This document shows, piece by piece, positions 37,352 to 45,906 of a stretch of 64,000 nt of DNA; within the stretch, counting starts at the first letter, position 1, and every line of letters starts with the position of its first letter. The notes beneath the pieces are model-generated. The model was given only the letters and a program-made list of their open reading frames with translations, ran no database searches and was not told the DNA's origin. Position numbers and translations under genes: made by a program. Origin of the DNA: Candidatus Aenigmatarchaeota archaeon (GTDB lineage: Archaea; Aenigmatarchaeota; Aenigmatarchaeia; GW2011-AR5); assembly GCA_016198685.1 (NCBI GenBank), contig JACQID010000007.1, positions 28,695 to 92,694 on the forward strand, written 5' to 3'.

Positions 37352-38629
37352 ATGGTAACTGAATTCAAATTCCCTGATGTCGGTGAAGGCATAGCCGAAG
37401 GCGAATTAGTCAGATGGCGTGTAAAGGAAGGGGATGCTGTCAAGGAGCACGATGTCATAGCTGACATAGAAACTGACAAGGCAATAGTTGAAATACCGGC
37501 ACCACGTGAAGGCATAATACTGAAGCTTCATCATCAGCCTGGTGACACAGTCCAAGTTGGCGAAACCCTTGTTAGTATAGGCGAAAGAGGCGAAACCCTG
37601 AGAAGCGCAGGACCGTCATCAGTGAAGGAACAGCAAAAATCCGTCTCTGTCGTAGGGCAGCTCGAAGAAGCCGGAGAGGAAACAGAACCGTCTGCAATAA
37701 TCCATCCTGCCGTTGTATCTAATGGACAGGACGGGAAGCTCATTCTTCCGGCTGTAAGGCATCTTGCAAAAGAACTGGGTGTCGATATAAATGAAATTAC
37801 AGGCACAGGGAAAGACGGGCGAATTACGGAAAATGATGTCAGAACTGCGGCATCCGAAGGAGATTTACATGAGGAAAAGGTCACGAGCATAAAAGTGACT
37901 AAGAAATACGATTTCTACGGCTATGTGGATAGAATTGCGTTGAAAGGAATCCGCAAGGCGATAGCCGCGAATATGGTAAAATCGCATTCCTCTGCCGTAC
38001 ATGTTACGCACTTTGAGGAGGCTGATGTTACCGATCTTGTCGAACATCGTGAAAAGGAAAAAGACAAGGCAGCGCAGCAAGGCGTGAAGCTCACGTACCT
38101 TCCATTCATTATCAAAGCCCTTATTGAAGCCTTGAGAAACCATCCTTATCTTAATGCAACGATGGTAGAAGATGAGATAATACTGAAAAAATATTACAAC
38201 ATAGGCTTCGCCGTTGATACGGGAGATGGACTCATAGTCCCTAACATAAAACGGGCCGAGGCAAAGAGCATAATTCAGATGGCCAAGGAAATAGAAGACC
38301 TTACAGGAAAAATAAAGAGCAGGTCTTTTGATATCTCTGAGACAAGAGGCGGCACCTTTACTATAACTAACATAGGCTCAATAGGAGGCATTTTCGCAAC
38401 CCCCATAATCAATCCGCCCGAATCGGCGATATTAGCAACAGGCGCAATACGCGAGAAGCCCATGGTTCGCGATGGTAAGATACAAATACGCAAGATGATG
38501 CCGCTTTCGCTTTCATTTGACCATCGCATACTTGACGGGGCTGAAGCAGCACGTTTCACGGACGAGCTGAAGAAATACCTCGAGGATATGGACTTCTTTT
38601 TGATCGAAAGGGCGACCGGGGAATTCTGA
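37352..38629 (+). CDS. pdhC: Dihydrolipoamide acyltransferase E2
   Basis: Lipoyl motif IETDKA, E3-binding GTGKDGRIT and catalytic DHRILDG. Confidence 0.93.
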   Translation: MVTEFKFPDVGEGIAEGELVRWRVKEGDAVKEHDVIADIETDKAIVEIPAPREGIILKLHHQPGDTVQVGETLVSIGERGETLRSAGPSSVKEQQKSVSVVGQLEEAGEETEPSAIIHPAVVSNGQDGKLILPAVRHLAKELGVDINEITGTGKDGRITENDVRTAASEGDLHEEKVTSIKVTKKYDFYGYVDRIALKGIRKAIAANMVKSHSSAVHVTHFEEADVTDLVEHREKEKDKAAQQGVKLTYLPFIIKALIEALRNHPYLNATMVEDEIILKKYYNIGFAVDTGDGLIVPNIKRAEAKSIIQMAKEIEDLTGKIKSRSFDISETRGGTFTITNIGSIGGIFATPIINPPESAILATGAIREKPMVRDGKIQIRKMMPLSLSFDHRILDGAEAARFTDELKKYLEDMDFFLIERATGEF

Positions 38630-38642
38630 TTTCGGTGTCTGA

Positions 38643-38942
38643 ATGGTATTCAATATTTTATCACTGTTTGCAATAGGATTTGCATTGTCTGCTATCTCTG
38701 CATTGATTTTGAATATTAGCATGATAGGCACTTTGCAAGGCTTCATTATCGGGGCAATGTTTTATTTGTTCAAATGGCTGAATAAAATAGACATTATTCT
38801 GGTATTAGTTGTGATAGCGGCATTCATGGCAGGGGCAGGCTCATTATCATTTCCCTTCTCCGAATGGATAATCCCTCCATTGGACTTTTCAATAGGGTTC
38901 CTGTTTGGAATAGTGTGCGTATGGGCGGCTTCAATACTATAA
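38643..38942 (+). CDS. Small membrane protein
   Basis: 99 aa, almost entirely hydrophobic. Confidence 0.5.
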   Translation: MVFNILSLFAIGFALSAISALILNISMIGTLQGFIIGAMFYLFKWLNKIDIILVLVVIAAFMAGAGSLSFPFSEWIIPPLDFSIGFLFGIVCVWAASIL

Positions 38943-38946
38943 GAAA

Positions 38947-39180
38947 TCATGTCTTCTTCTTTCCAAGGCCGTTTCTCTTCATGATGCGGCCGTTGTTCTT
39001 CTTGAACCAGAGATAGTCGTCGTATGTCATCTTGCCGTCTATCATCCTAAGGCTTTCGTCCTTGAGCCTTATGGCGCCCGGCGCGAGGCAGTTGAAGCAG
39101 CGAACCTTTTTCACGGAATCCGGACTAATGATATAAGAGTGCCAAGTCTTGTGGCATGACGTGCAGAACCAGAAAGTCAT
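38947..39180 (-). CDS. Small zinc-ribbon protein
   Basis: CTSC...CFNC; its start overlaps the sepF stop (ATGA). Confidence 0.55.
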   Translation of the reverse strand: MTFWFCTSCHKTWHSYIISPDSVKKVRCFNCLAPGAIRLKDESLRMIDGKMTYDDYLWFKKNNGRIMKRNGLGKKKT

Positions 39181-39551
39181 TGAGAGTCACTTTTTGCGTC
39201 TGAGGACAAAACCGCTTCCCTGTATATACCGGCAGAAGAAGGCGTTATGATTATCCATTCCTCTCCAGCGCCTGCAATGTCGCCGTTTATGTTCATGCAT
39301 GCGGTTTTCATCCTTGATATGCAGTGCTTGAGTTCTTCGGTATTAGCTTCTTTCATGTCCCTTATGGACGCTATGACTATGTTTCCATCTCTGACCTTGC
39401 GCATTATCTTGTCAACGCTTGGCAGACCGTCGAGCTTTTCCACCATCACTCTCATTCGCATGACGGCAGAGTCTTCAGGCAATTCGGCATACTGCTCGTC
39501 AGCTGGTGCCGGATTGTCATCTTCTTCCTTTCCAAATAGCGGGAATTTCAT
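39177..39551 (-). CDS. sepF: Cell division protein SepF
   Basis: VRDGNIVIASI...GDIAGAGEEWIIITP, the archaeal SepF pattern. Start trimmed to MKFPLFG. Confidence 0.88.
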   Translation of the reverse strand: MKFPLFGKEEDDNPAPADEQYAELPEDSAVMRMRVMVEKLDGLPSVDKIMRKVRDGNIVIASIRDMKEANTEELKHCISRMKTACMNINGDIAGAGEEWIIITPSSAGIYREAVLSSDAKSDSQ

Positions 39552-39630
39552 CCTGTTTATTAGTCCATGAACGTTTAAATTGTTATACTCAAGGGGGCGC
39601 AACGTTTAAGTCGTGGAAATCCATAAATTT

Positions 39631-40770
39631 ATGATGAAAGCCATTTCCCCGCTTCTTGCCGGGATACTGCTCGTAGGCATCACAGCCATCAGTGCCACGA
39701 TGGTTTCAGGTTGGGTGTCCTCCACATTTTCCGAATCGCAGAGGTCAGCGGACAACAGAAGCGCCAGCGTCATAGAATGCTCTACCGCCGGCATAAGCAT
39801 CGACAACGTGCACATTTCCAAGGGCAGCGGCGGTACTGCATCGCTTGCAATTCGGAACAGCGGGGACGTTGACGGACTGAGAATTACAAGCGCGCAGATA
39901 TTCGACCGCCTCGGCAACAACTTCACCGCTAATAACAGCTTGACTCTCAACAGGGGCGAGATTGGGAGGCTGGAGTTCAAATTTCCCGTGCTTGCCAGCA
40001 CGATGACGGACTCCTCGCCGTACGGAAACAACGGCACGTGCATCAGCATGGGAAGCGCATGCGCGTTCACGCTCTCAGGCAAGAGTGGCTCGGCGATGAC
40101 GTTTGACGGCGCCAACGACAATATAAACGTTACAAATTCCAACTCTCTTAATTTCGGGGCATCGACAGACTTCACCCTGAGCGCTTGGATTAAAAGAGAT
40201 TCCAGAACCGGGCAGAGCGAGAACATCGTTTTGTTCAAGGGCGATGGTGCGGGTAACACCAAGGGTTACTGGGTTTCGGTGCGAGGAAGCCTTAACCAAG
40301 TGCGATTCGCAATCAGCAATGATACTGGCGGCTTTGCCGCAAACAACATACAGTTCGATAGCAATACAAACATAACCCTTGGCGAATGGCATCACGTAAC
40401 CGTGACTGCCGACCGTGACGGGAATGCTACCATATACATTGACGGAATCAGAGAGAGCACACGAAATATTTCGACTGTCGGAAACATAGACGTTTCTTCA
40501 AAAAATCTGGTGATCGGCGCGTTAGACCCGGGCAATTGGCGCTTTGATGGCGTGATAGACGACATGAAGATATGGAACAGGGCGCTTTCGGAGACTGAGA
40601 TAAACCAATCCATGAATGGGCTGGAAATGAACCAGGCCGGGCTTGTGATGTGGCAAAAGTTCGATGAGGCTAAAGGGATATTATCATGCCCGGGAGATTT
40701 TGAAGAAGCCCGCGTCACGACGCAATGCGCGGACGCTGTGGATACCTATAGGCAAGCCCCGGCATGTTGA
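39631..40770 (+). CDS. Type IV pilin-like protein with an inserted LamG domain
   Basis: MKA|ISPLLAG signal, IRNSG, and LamG motifs FTLSAWI, WHHVTV and FDGVIDDMKIWNRAL. Confidence 0.85.
   Translation: MMKAISPLLAGILLVGITAISATMVSGWVSSTFSESQRSADNRSASVIECSTAGISIDNVHISKGSGGTASLAIRNSGDVDGLRITSAQIFDRLGNNFTANNSLTLNRGEIGRLEFKFPVLASTMTDSSPYGNNGTCISMGSACAFTLSGKSGSAMTFDGANDNINVTNSNSLNFGASTDFTLSAWIKRDSRTGQSENIVLFKGDGAGNTKGYWVSVRGSLNQVRFAISNDTGGFAANNIQFDSNTNITLGEWHHVTVTADRDGNATIYIDGIRESTRNISTVGNIDVSSKNLVIGALDPGNWRFDGVIDDMKIWNRALSETEINQSMNGLEMNQAGLVMWQKFDEAKGILSCPGDFEEARVTTQCADAVDTYRQAPAC
40565..40655 (+). repeat. 91-nt block, copy 1 (copy 2 at 43933-44023)
   Basis: TGAAGATATGGAACAGG...GATGTGGCA; the two copies differ at 2 positions. 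Confidence 0.9.
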
Positions 40771-40822
40771 CTGCATGCCGATAGTGGATTTCATTTAAGT
40801 ATATTGCCGGGAAATTAAATCT

Positions 40823-41088
40823 GGAGGCTAGATCGGGCGTTTAGCGGGCGCCTGTAGCCGGCAAACCGCTCCAGCCGGGATCGAAGCCTGAAGGCGTTGC
40901 ATATTACATGCAAGGCCCCTCGTCCGAGCGGAGATGTCCAGTCCCTTGGGATTTCTGCATGGCGAAGCCGGTCAGGCCCGGAAGGGAGCAGCCGTAAACC
41001 ACGTCAGAAGTGCTCAGGGGCCAGCTGAACGGAGCAGAGATGAGGATCAGTCTTGCATGGCGTATGCAGCCACTAAGGGCGTGCCTCC
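40823..41088 (+). ncRNA. ffs: Archaeal SRP (7S) RNA
   Basis: Helix-8 motif CCGGTCAGGCCCGGAAGGGAGCAGCCG (40968-40994); terminal pairing GGAGGC/GCCTCC; upstream AT-rich promoter. Ends are approximate. Confidence 0.9.
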
Positions 41089-41108
41089 ATTATACTTACG
41101 GCGATTCC

Positions 41109-41699
41109 ATGGAGCAAAATGAGTTGAAGGACATTATCATTTCCGCAGGAGCCTTGGCTCTGGCTTTCAGCCTTGCGATGGCAGGCGGCATTGCAGGAAT
41201 GCGATTTCTCACGTTTGAAGCGTTTCTTTTGTCTTTAATTTCCGTATCTTTAGGATTCATACTTCACGAGCTTGCGCATAGGGCTGTCGCCAGAAAATAC
41301 GGAGCTCACGCGGAGTTCCGGATGTGGAGGATGGGAATTGCAATAGCTCTGGCGTCTTCCCTCTTTGGATGGGTTTTTGCCGCGCCAGGAGCGGTCTATA
41401 TCTATCCAAAATCCGACATGTGGGGCAGGTCATCGCTATCAAAAAAAACTAATGGAATAATATCTATTGCCGGCCCAATGACCAACATAGTTTTAGCGCT
41501 AGCGTTTTTTGCCGTGGATAAGATCATTCCTCTGGGCCCAGTTGCTTCTTTGGCAGTATCGATAAACGTCTGGCTCGCATTCTTCAACATGCTGCCTTTG
41601 CCGCCGCTTGACGGCAGCAAGGTATTTGCATGGGATATCAGGCTCTGGCTTGCTTGCATCGTCCTGCTCGGCCTAATGGTTGGCCAAGTTTCTGCCTGA
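41109..41699 (+). CDS. Site-2 protease (M50) zinc metalloprotease
   Basis: LHELAH, AGPMTN and FNMLPLPPLDG. Start trimmed to 41109 because the longer ORF overlaps the SRP RNA. Confidence 0.9.
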   Translation: MEQNELKDIIISAGALALAFSLAMAGGIAGMRFLTFEAFLLSLISVSLGFILHELAHRAVARKYGAHAEFRMWRMGIAIALASSLFGWVFAAPGAVYIYPKSDMWGRSSLSKKTNGIISIAGPMTNIVLALAFFAVDKIIPLGPVASLAVSINVWLAFFNMLPLPPLDGSKVFAWDIRLWLACIVLLGLMVGQVSA

Positions 41700-41710
41700 A
41701 GAATAAATAC

Positions 41711-42973
41711 ATGAAATCCCAGATGATATTAGCCATGGAAACAATCATAGGAAGAGACCAGAAAGACAGGGAAATTTATGGCAATAGAGGCGTCATAATA
41801 ATAGGGAAGAATCTTGTCGGTGAAGGCGAAGATGCACACCTCACTACGGATGTTTTTCTTGACGTTGCAAGGCCCCATGTCATGACAATCTGCGGCAAGC
41901 GCGGCGAAGGGAAGAGTTTCTCGCTTGGAATAATCGCAGAAGGCCTGCAAGCTCTGACTGATGACATACGGAACAGGTTATGCACTATCATTATTGACAC
42001 CCAAGGAATATTCTGGACAATGAAAACGCCGAATGAAAAAGATATAATGCTTCTTAGAGAATGGAACCAATCGCCAAAGGGCTTCCAGGCGGCGGTCTAT
42101 GTTCCAGATGGCCAGATAAGAGCTTTTACATCTGCAGGCGTGGATTACGATGGCTCTTTCTCTTTTGCGCCTTCTGAACTCAGTGAAGAAGATTGGCTGA
42201 GCATTTTTGAGCTTAAGGCATCCGAGCCCCTTGGCACGCTTCTGCAGCTTGTTCTTGGAAGGCTGCCGCATGGATATTCGATTGCGGATATGATAGCGCA
42301 AGTCGGCACGGAGGAAGGTTTTGAGGATGAGAAAAAAACGCTAGAAGGCATGCTAAGGAATGCTGCAGGGTGGGGCATATTCGGTTCTTCAAAAATGCCG
42401 CCTCTTCTTGTTCCAGGCAAGCTTTCTGTAATGGATTTCAGCTTAACGCCGCAGAACGTCAGGGCGTTGATGCTGGCTATCATTAGCAGAAGAATATTTT
42501 CAGAGAGAACAGCTTCCAGGCGCAAGGAAGAGCTCATGGAGATGGAATTTCTTGGCGAAGCTAGGGTACCGATGCCTTGGATTCTTGTTGATGAAGCGCA
42601 TAATTTCGTGCCATCGGACGAAACAACACCTTCGTCAGAGATGCTGAACAAGATTGTCAAGGAAGGAAGACAGCCGGGAATATCAATTGTGTTTGCAACC
42701 CAACGGCCCATGAAGCTTCATCCTGACGTTCTTTCCCAATGCGATATCATCATATCGCACAGGCTCACGGCAGAGGAAGATGTGAATTCATTGAAGTCGA
42801 TAATGCAGACGTATATGCTTTTTGACATAGCCAAATACATAAATGACCTGCCTAAACTCAAGGGCGTGGCCATAGTTCTTGATGATAACTCAGAACGCAT
42901 ATACAAGATAAGGGTGAAGCCCAGGCAGAGCTGGCATGCAGGCTCTTCGGCTACTGCGCTTCCCGGGAGATAG
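41711..42973 (+). CDS. HerA/DUF87-like (FtsK-HerA superfamily) ATPase
   Basis: Walker A GKRGEGKS, IIIDTQG, Walker B LVDEAH, EGRQPG and ATQRP. Start uncertain (41711-41735). Confidence 0.88.
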   Translation: MKSQMILAMETIIGRDQKDREIYGNRGVIIIGKNLVGEGEDAHLTTDVFLDVARPHVMTICGKRGEGKSFSLGIIAEGLQALTDDIRNRLCTIIIDTQGIFWTMKTPNEKDIMLLREWNQSPKGFQAAVYVPDGQIRAFTSAGVDYDGSFSFAPSELSEEDWLSIFELKASEPLGTLLQLVLGRLPHGYSIADMIAQVGTEEGFEDEKKTLEGMLRNAAGWGIFGSSKMPPLLVPGKLSVMDFSLTPQNVRALMLAIISRRIFSERTASRRKEELMEMEFLGEARVPMPWILVDEAHNFVPSDETTPSSEMLNKIVKEGRQPGISIVFATQRPMKLHPDVLSQCDIIISHRLTAEEDVNSLKSIMQTYMLFDIAKYINDLPKLKGVAIVLDDNSERIYKIRVKPRQSWHAGSSATALPGR

Positions 42974-43001
42974 CTTTTAAGTGCCGAGAAATTATTAGTT
43001 T

Positions 43002-44138
43002 ATGATGAAGGGCATATCGCCCCTCCTTGCAGGAATAATGCTAGTGGCAATCACGGCTGTCAGCGCTACAATTATTTCAGGGTGGGTGTCTTCGACTTTT
43101 TCCGAATCCCAGCGGTCTGTGGACAATACGAGTAGCGGTGTCATCCGGTGCTCTACAGCAGACATAACCATCGATAATGTATATATTAGAGATGGCAGCG
43201 GCGGAAGCGCCTCTATTGCAGTGCGGAATAGCGGATATGTGGATGGGATGAGGGTAACGAGTGCCCAAATATTTGACCGTCTTGGCAACAACTTTACAGC
43301 AAATAACAGCATGACGCTCAATAAAGGCGATATAGGCGGGTTGGAATTTAACTTTCCTTCTGTTGCAGACACAGTGAACGATTCTTCAAGCAACGGCAAT
43401 GGCGGTGTTTGCACTAATATGCCAGGAAACAGATGCGGGTTTACACTTTCAGGGAAAAGCGGCTCGGCCATGGAATTTGACGGTATCGACGATTACATTA
43501 ATATTTCAGATTCATCAAGCCTGAATATAACAGCTTCTGCTATTACCATAGAACTATGGGTAAAACCAGGCGGTACTGATGCGCGGAGTTTTTATAGTGT
43601 ATTAAGAAAGGGAAATTTCAGCGGTGATCCCCTTACTTCTTACAATTATGTACTTTTTATTCGAGGATCGAGCAGTCATAATGCCCTTTATGCGCAATTC
43701 AAAGGCACCGTAGGTAATTTTAGCGCAGGTACATCGAATGAGGTCGTGAGCAATCATGTATGGCAGCATATAGCGACGCGCTACAATGGCAGTACGGTTT
43801 CGTTTTACAGGGATGGTATTTTGGTCAGCAGCTCGGATGCCGTGTTGGGCAATCTTGTCGCATTCCCAAGTCTGCTGTTTATAGGGAGGTCGCAAACACA
43901 GAGTGAGTATTTCAACGGAACGATAGATGAAGTGAAGATATGGAACAGGGCGCTTTCGGACACTGAGATAAACCAATCCATGAATGGGCTGGAAATGAAC
44001 CAGGCCGGGCTTGCGATGTGGCAGAGATTCAATGGAGGAAAGGGAATCCTTTCATGCCCTGCCGACTTTGGGGAGGCGCGAGTGACGACGCAATGCGCGG
44101 ACGCTGTGGATACTTACAAGGAGGCGCCTTCGTGCTAA
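43002..44138 (+). CDS. Type IV pilin-like protein with an inserted LamG domain (paralogue of 39631-40770)
   Basis: MKG|ISPLLAG, SAQIFDRLGNNFTANNS shared with the paralogue, and FNGTIDEVKIWNRAL. Confidence 0.85.
   Translation: MMKGISPLLAGIMLVAITAVSATIISGWVSSTFSESQRSVDNTSSGVIRCSTADITIDNVYIRDGSGGSASIAVRNSGYVDGMRVTSAQIFDRLGNNFTANNSMTLNKGDIGGLEFNFPSVADTVNDSSSNGNGGVCTNMPGNRCGFTLSGKSGSAMEFDGIDDYINISDSSSLNITASAITIELWVKPGGTDARSFYSVLRKGNFSGDPLTSYNYVLFIRGSSSHNALYAQFKGTVGNFSAGTSNEVVSNHVWQHIATRYNGSTVSFYRDGILVSSSDAVLGNLVAFPSLLFIGRSQTQSEYFNGTIDEVKIWNRALSDTEINQSMNGLEMNQAGLAMWQRFNGGKGILSCPADFGEARVTTQCADAVDTYKEAPSC
43933..44023 (+). repeat. 91-nt block, copy 2
   Basis: 89/91 identical to 40565-40655. Confidence 0.9.
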
Positions 44139-44139
44139 A

Positions 44140-45339
44140 TCATTTCATATGGACTGCAATGACGTCAAGTTCTTTGCATACGCAAGGAACGCCGAGTATT
44201 CCAGAAACTGAAGGATTAGTCCTTCCTTCGTCACCGGATATAAGTTCTTTGATGTAAAGGCCGCTCTGGCCTTTGACAGTGATTTCGAATGATTTGCTGT
44301 TTATGTATTTCGTTTTTATTCCTTTGACAGATCTTCTTCTCATCAAGTCCGAACGCCTATGAAGGACTCTTCGCGGCGTCTGCTGGTTGATTTCCTTGAG
44401 AGCGGATAGCTTAGCGAGATCCTTTCTTTTTATCAAACCGGAAGTTTTGACGAGAGCGCGATAAGTCTTGTCAAGCTTCGCATCCTTCAGTTTTCTCACT
44501 TCTTCAATATTCGAAATTCTTGCATTCCTGATTTTCACGCCTGCACCGACTTTTTTTGCAAGTGCAGGAGCATTAATATCACGTTTTTTCGGGTCAAGGA
44601 TCTCAAGCACAAACGGCCTCCATGCAAGGCATCGGGCATCTATATCCTCGCGGCCGGCTCCATGAAACTTGTGGCCGCTTCCATTCGTTACTTTCATGAA
44701 AGGCTTTGCGGTTATCTGTTCAACCGACGTCTTGTACTTGCCGGAGGGCCATCGTGTCTGCGGTATGCCTCTTTTGAGCTTCTGGTATTCCCCATAAATG
44801 AAAAGGGGGTTTATCTCCATGCTGACAGTGTTAGTGTTCAAGTCAATAAGAAACACGACATCCGGCCGTTTTGCCGAGAATTTCTTGCCTATGTGTTTTT
44901 CTATCAGCTTTCCTGCTTCGCGGTTTATCTCTGCCTTCAAAGGTTCGCAGTGGTCTATGCCAACACGCTCCCATAGATTGTCTTCGGCAGTCGCAAGCTC
45001 GGAAGACGGGCGAGTGCCCACAAGGAATGTGGCGAATTCCGCTTTCTTCGCTTGCAATGCGGCCTTCTTGACATAAGTGGCGAGTTCATTGAAAATTCCA
45101 AAGCATACTGAGCATTGCGCGGCCTCTGAAACAGAGGGCTTGGTACGGAGGGTGAAACCCGGAACGCTCGATGCATCTATATTTGCGTTGCCTGCGTCTG
45201 CTGCCATGGCCACAACCATTCTTATGGCGCGGCCCCTTTCAACATTCGTAAATCCGGAAAGAAGCTGGGAGAACTGCCTCCCAAGGCAGTGGTCGCAAAC
45301 GGGCTGCGCCAGTATTTTCAGCGCTTTTTCGATTATCAT
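44140..45339 (-). CDS. pus10: tRNA pseudouridine(54/55) synthase Pus10
   Basis: Zn motif CDHCLGR, GEYQKL.RGIPQTRW, FHGAGREDID, RPFVLE and GLYIKELISGD.GRT.P. Confidence 0.95.
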   Translation of the reverse strand: MIIEKALKILAQPVCDHCLGRQFSQLLSGFTNVERGRAIRMVVAMAADAGNANIDASSVPGFTLRTKPSVSEAAQCSVCFGIFNELATYVKKAALQAKKAEFATFLVGTRPSSELATAEDNLWERVGIDHCEPLKAEINREAGKLIEKHIGKKFSAKRPDVVFLIDLNTNTVSMEINPLFIYGEYQKLKRGIPQTRWPSGKYKTSVEQITAKPFMKVTNGSGHKFHGAGREDIDARCLAWRPFVLEILDPKKRDINAPALAKKVGAGVKIRNARISNIEEVRKLKDAKLDKTYRALVKTSGLIKRKDLAKLSALKEINQQTPRRVLHRRSDLMRRRSVKGIKTKYINSKSFEITVKGQSGLYIKELISGDEGRTNPSVSGILGVPCVCKELDVIAVHMK

Positions 45340-45349
45340 ATAAGCCTTA

Positions 45350-45358
45350 TTGTAACGT
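45350..45358 (+). repeat. Target-site duplication, left (TTGTAACGT)
   Basis: Identical 9-mer at 49045-49053 flanking the inverted repeats. Confidence 0.92.
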
Positions 45359-45417
45359 GGCTTTGTTTAAATAATCGTTTTCTGTTTAATAAATAGGGAA
45401 AGTGTTTAAAATTGAGT

Positions 45418-45906
45418 TCATTTCAATATTTTCCTTAAGTAATCTATAAAGTCCAATACTAATCGTCTACATTCTGCGGACTTTTTGTAACTTATAGTAA
45501 TGTTATTTGCTTCTTTATAATGAACAATTTTATCTCTCAAGTCTTCAAGCGAAGTAATATCTTTCCAAATTTTTTTCTGTTTAAACTTTTTTACATCTTT
45601 TTTTGAAAAATAGTTTATTATAAAGATGATTTTCTTAGTTGTGGAAGGTCTTATCGTTATTTCTTTGAATCTGCCATCATCGTCAACCTTCATTTCCTTT
45701 TCCTTTAAGAACGCCTTTATGTGTTCTTTTATTCTTGTTCCTTCTTTAAGACTCTCAAATAGAGTGTTGATATACGTTTCTAATGCTATCCATGAAAGTA
45801 ACACAGAAGCTATATGATTGAATTCTCGTTCTTCACTAAGTTTTGTTCGTGTAGAATTATCTAAAAAATATTTGCTTGCACACAAATAAAACCTAAAAGT
45901 TTTCAT
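45418..45906 (-). CDS. Putative HEPN-domain RNase (transposon cargo)
   Basis: All-helical 162 aa with SWIALETYIN and the RxxxxH motif LRDKIVH. Its ATG directly follows the upstream gene's stop. Confidence 0.65.
   Translation of the reverse strand: MKTFRFYLCASKYFLDNSTRTKLSEEREFNHIASVLLSWIALETYINTLFESLKEGTRIKEHIKAFLKEKEMKVDDDGRFKEITIRPSTTKKIIFIINYFSKKDVKKFKQKKIWKDITSLEDLRDKIVHYKEANNITISYKKSAECRRLVLDFIDYLRKILK

Noticed and set aside
41010-41108. 5' extension of the M50 protease ORF
   Set aside because: It overlaps the SRP RNA; the ATG at 41109 is the plausible start.
40565-44023. Diversity-generating retroelement TR/VR pair
   Set aside because: The two mismatches (G/C and T/C) are not consistently adenine-specific, both copies are within coding genes, and no reverse transcriptase is present.
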